Shown: piece after piece, positions 61,572-64,000 of the stretch
How the letters are laid out: every line of letters begins with the position of its first letter
Position numbering within the stretch: the first letter of the stretch is position 1
Assembly (NCBI GenBank): GCA_052426225.1
Contig: JBNJNM010000021.1
Span: 1-64,000 of the forward strand
Reading direction: 5' to 3'
Origin: Zancudomyces culisetae HAW-14-8
Lineage: Eukaryota > Fungi > Kickxellomycota
DNA: 64,000 bases
The notes under the pieces: model-generated
What the model was told of the DNA's origin: nothing
Seen by the model: only the letters and a program-made list of their open reading frames with translations
Database searches by the model: none
Translations under genes and position numbers: made by a program

Positions 61572-63399
61572 TTTATTTTAATTATTATTGAATGTTGATC
61601 GTTAATTGTTGACTACTAAGTTCGAGGTATTAAGTTTGAGTTGGGATATATGTTATATAGCGACTACTAATTTATTTGTCGGTACACCGTTAATACTCAA
61701 GTTCGTAAGGGGAATTGATTATTAAAATTGTATTTTCTTTTAGTTTTCAGATAATGGATGTGGGATCCTTTTCTTTTTATAGTATATGGGTGCTTTTCCA
61801 TAATATCATTGTTTTCATTTTTGGTGACTACTACCATTTCTCTGGTTGAAAATCGTCTAGATGTAAGGATTACGTCTCTTGTTATTAATTTCAAAACTTT
61901 TGTCAATTACTTTTTGCGCCTTTCCATCAAGAAAAAAACTTTCCAGCTGGATCAATACCCAATTATTATCTAACCCCATTTTTAAAATCATACCAATTTG
62001 CTCTCTTTAATCAAGTTATGAAGTTGCTATGATTGGCACAACATAAATCGCGTATAAAACTTTGTAGCTGGAATTTACAATTCCGCTGGATTAGATGACA
62101 TTGTTGGCTTATCCACTTGGCTAATTTACTACGCCATTACCAACCAGCTAAAAAAGTAGCAAAAGCTTTGCTGGCCACAAGAAAGCAGGTGTTTTTTTTG
62201 AAGATTGCAAGTTTAAAGGCAAAATGAACGACTCCAAGCTAACATTGGCGAGATATTGAAAAATCCATCTCCATTCAAAGACTATTTTGTGGTTTCTGGA
62301 CATCTACTAAATCGAGTAAAGTTAATTGATATGTGCTCTATGGAAGCAGCCAGTAACTGAGTCTATTACTCTCGGAAAATTATACTATTGGTAGTGATTT
62401 ATTCATAAAACCTTTATATATCAGTTTACCCAAAAAGCTATAAAAGTTCTCAAAAAAAGGATAGATTGATACTCACATCAAATCACGTCACAGATATTTG
62501 CGAATAAAGATAATTGTTACAAACTCTATACATTTTACTTTTAAAGCAGCTATTGAAAATAATACCAGGTAATTTGAGCAATACGATAAACTATTAAAAT
62601 GAAACTCAATTGTTATACATAAAACCAATCCGAATCACTTTAAAATTATTTCCATCAAAGCTGCGAATATCTTCCTTGGCGAACCTTCAAATATTACAAG
62701 CTCAGAGTTATGCAATAGTAATAAAAATACACATTTCGTTGTGGCACTGTGTATAGCGCATACTTTTTATCATAACTAGTGCCAAATTAGTTTTGAGCTA
62801 CCGGATTCTACCAAGTGGCAATAGAGTGTTTAGTCCCACTGTGAGTCCTGATATACTTGCGACTCATAATAAAAGTATAATAAATATTCATTATCTTATA
62901 CTCCAGGTAATCACTAGGCTTTTAAGCCTGTTCACAATTATTGGGATGAAAAAAAAATTGAAGCGTTACATTCTACATTTACTTTTGTAAACTGTTCTCA
63001 TCACCTAAACACACAGTTAAAAGTGTATGGTTATATTACTATAATTTTCTGTTCAAATGAAACTTCCTGGGTTACAGTTTTACTTTGGTATCCCAAATAT
63101 GCTACATAATACATTTGACCAATGCATATTTTACGATTCAATACAGCCAAAAAGCGATCCCCCTCCCCTCCCCTCCATCCTCTGATTACAAGAGGATCTA
63201 ATGGCATTTGTACATGGTTAACAGATCAAATACATATATTGGGGAGTGAAATGCGAGGTACATTACAAAGCCGAACTTAACTTGACTAAACGGACCTAAA
63301 AAAGTGAATGTCAATATCATGATACCTATCACACTACTTCAGGCCAACGTTTCGAAAATTCTCAGTTGTCCATGTTATTATGTTTGTTTTTAACATACT

Positions 63400-63900
63400 A
63401 TAATGCTGGTGAGATGTAAGTTCTCTTACTATGGGCGCATATATTGATGCGGAACGAGAAAAGAGAAGAACTAGCCTTCCCATTCACGGGCCGAAAACAA
63501 CAAGTGTAAAAACACACACCCAACTCTTGAGAGAACAGCCAATTGATAGTATTTCCCACTGAGACACAGCTAACGCCGAAATCTCCGCAGAACAATTGGA
63601 TCCCACATAAAACATGCAGGCTCCTATTACCCATCATCAGCCACCACCAGAATCATCCAAAAGGGGATCCTCCCAGATAACCTGGCACTTAATTATCTTT
63701 CAAAGACATAACAGACCAATTTTCACTCCAATGAAGCGAAAAGCGAAATAGAATTCCTCCTCTCGCTTCAAAAGAAAAACAACTCACTGGTTCAATCCCG
63801 AGTAATGTGATAGTCCTCCCTCTCAGCTGAGAAAAAGAACACAATAAACGGAAATTTTGAGGGTTAGGTCCTGACTGCTCTTTGAACTTGGTGATTCATT
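63400..63900 (-). ncRNA. Structured non-coding RNA, candidate telomerase RNA
   Basis: TATAAATA at 63929-63922; CCUAACCCU at 63868-63860; several G-U-containing helices that pair fully only on the - strand; GC content above the flanks; no credible ORF. Ends are estimates. Confidence 0.4.
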
Positions 63901-64000
63901 TGGGGACGGCAGCTTTTTGGCTATTTATAGCTTTTTATTTGAGCAAAATTTTTTTTAGTAATTGAGGGATATAGACGAAAAAAGTTTTTTACTGGTGATT

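Noticed and set aside
44940-62990. Short AT-rich ORFs (44940, 47217, 47640, 50282, 53308, 54343, 55146, 57749, 60684, 61697, 61758, 62793)
   Set aside because: Mostly non-ATG starts, with intergenic composition and no motifs or paralogues.
63440-63680. RNase P, MRP, SRP or U3 identity for the structured RNA
   Set aside because: GGAGAUUUCGGCG and AUGGGAA resemble RNase P CR-I and CR-III, but I found no CR-II, CR-IV or P4-completing CR-V, and no MRP, SRP or U3 boxes in the right order.

Overview
Left end of a chromosome from an AT-rich, intron-poor fungus. The gene repertoire suggests an early-diverging lineage, possibly Kickxellomycotina/Harpellales gut fungi; that taxonomy is inference. Layout from the end: ~1.95 kb of (CCCTAA)n telomere plus a (CCCTAT)n variant block; a decayed Penelope-like RT with no visible endonuclease, interrupted by a full-length degenerate Ty3/gypsy chromovirus (TSD CTGAT); a Tc1/mariner; and a 5'-truncated DIRS tyrosine-recombinase retrotransposon. 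From ~16 to 57 kb nearly every credible host gene encodes a secreted protein. Nine of them form one divergent family with two beta/gamma-crystallin-like Greek-key motifs (F-x4-F-x-G...S, then G-x4-C-x4-C-x-G-x-C...S-x-x-W). The family has expanded by segmental duplication, with hypervariable mature domains behind conserved promoter/signal-peptide modules. The island also holds two Tyr/Gly/His-rich low-complexity secreted proteins, an AA11-like LPMO and an orphan Cys-rich protein. Near the right end are a fungal transcription-factor-domain gene, a small membrane protein, and a ~500-nt structured non-coding minus-strand region. That region has a TATA box and a 9-nt telomere-template-like motif, making it a candidate telomerase RNA. 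All alignments and folds were done by eye.
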